Shown here in pieces: positions 63,540-64,000 of a stretch of 64,000 nucleotides of DNA (its first letter is position 1; each line of letters begins with the position of its first letter). The stretch is from Octopus vulgaris (lineage: Eukaryota). The translations under genes and the position numbers were made by a program. A model generated the notes under the pieces. The model saw only the letters and a program-made list of their open reading frames with translations, ran no database searches and had not been told where the DNA came from. The DNA lies in assembly GCA_951406725.2 (NCBI GenBank), contig OX597816.1, forward strand, positions 131,130,001 through 131,194,000. The letters run 5' to 3'.

Positions 63540-63730
63540 GCTAGCAAAGGAACTTTTGCCTGGTTGTCCGACCTGCTAGAAATAGCAGCTAAGTCTCTCT
63601 CTCTCAAATCATTCTACTCTTAAGAAAGGACACATTTGATAATGTTGTCCAGAGTATGTCATGGCTGGAATGCCTTCAGTTATGTATGTGTCTACCTAAT
63701 CAGAGCTAACCTGTGGCAAACAACAACTTA
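63540..63730 (+). repeat. Abundant unclassified interspersed repeat (CTAGAAATAGCAGCCAAATCT motif)
   Basis: Motif or its reverse complement recurs near 3545, 3805, 4795, 5495, 24068, 33222, 33317, 37348 and 63576. Confidence 0.6.
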
Positions 63731-64000
63731 TTAGCTTTATTATGTGTCTGGCAGCTCACATTTCATTAAATGATTAAGTATATCTCCTTTGAGAAACACA
63801 ATTCCAACAATTTCGCATCCTCAACTGCCGTTAGTTTTATTCTGAACAAAATAGTTAAACATTTGCTAATAGTAGTCTTGGATATTACCACTTAAGGATT
63901 TACTTCCTACCTCATTACATTGAATTTCCTTTCAGTTGCAGCTGTGTTTGAATCTCTCATCTGATAGTTGAATACTTGTTAAATTTTCCATCAAAAGAGG

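Noticed and set aside
49254-64000. Terminal FBXO45 exon
   Set aside because: No GERIRVILD/LYPAVSAVYGNTEV-like frame was found; presumed to lie beyond the window.

Overview
Eukaryotic, AT-rich, microsatellite-saturated genomic DNA. The repeat content points to a coleoid cephalopod, most likely Octopus (an inference, not a database match). The only clearly recognisable host gene is the first coding exon of FBXO45 (F-box/SPRY, + strand, ATG 48681, phase-0 GT donor at 49254); its last exon was not found, so the intron appears to run past the window end. The rest is a transposon graveyard: three tRNA-derived SINE head families; RTE, Tx1/L1, CR1/L2-type and HERO LINE remnants; a full-length Mag-type Gypsy LTR element nested inside an RTE LINE; mariner, maT (DD37D), hAT, Helitron and piggyBac-type relics; a U6 pseudogene; and many Penelope-like element (PLE) fragments. 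The strongest unexplained signal is a set of about a dozen type I hammerhead ribozyme motifs on both strands. Five keep an intact CUGANGA/GAAA/NUH core, three share a CCGA core variant, and some sit in both arms of long fold-back elements. Other notable items: SINEs that swap 3' tails with three LINE clades present in the same window (one with a co-varying stem-loop), a U6-SINE chimera, a 27-codon uORF stopping 1 nt before the FBXO45 ATG, and a CpG-depleted domain that hints at an unseen gene. All alignments were done by eye and repeat boundaries are approximate.
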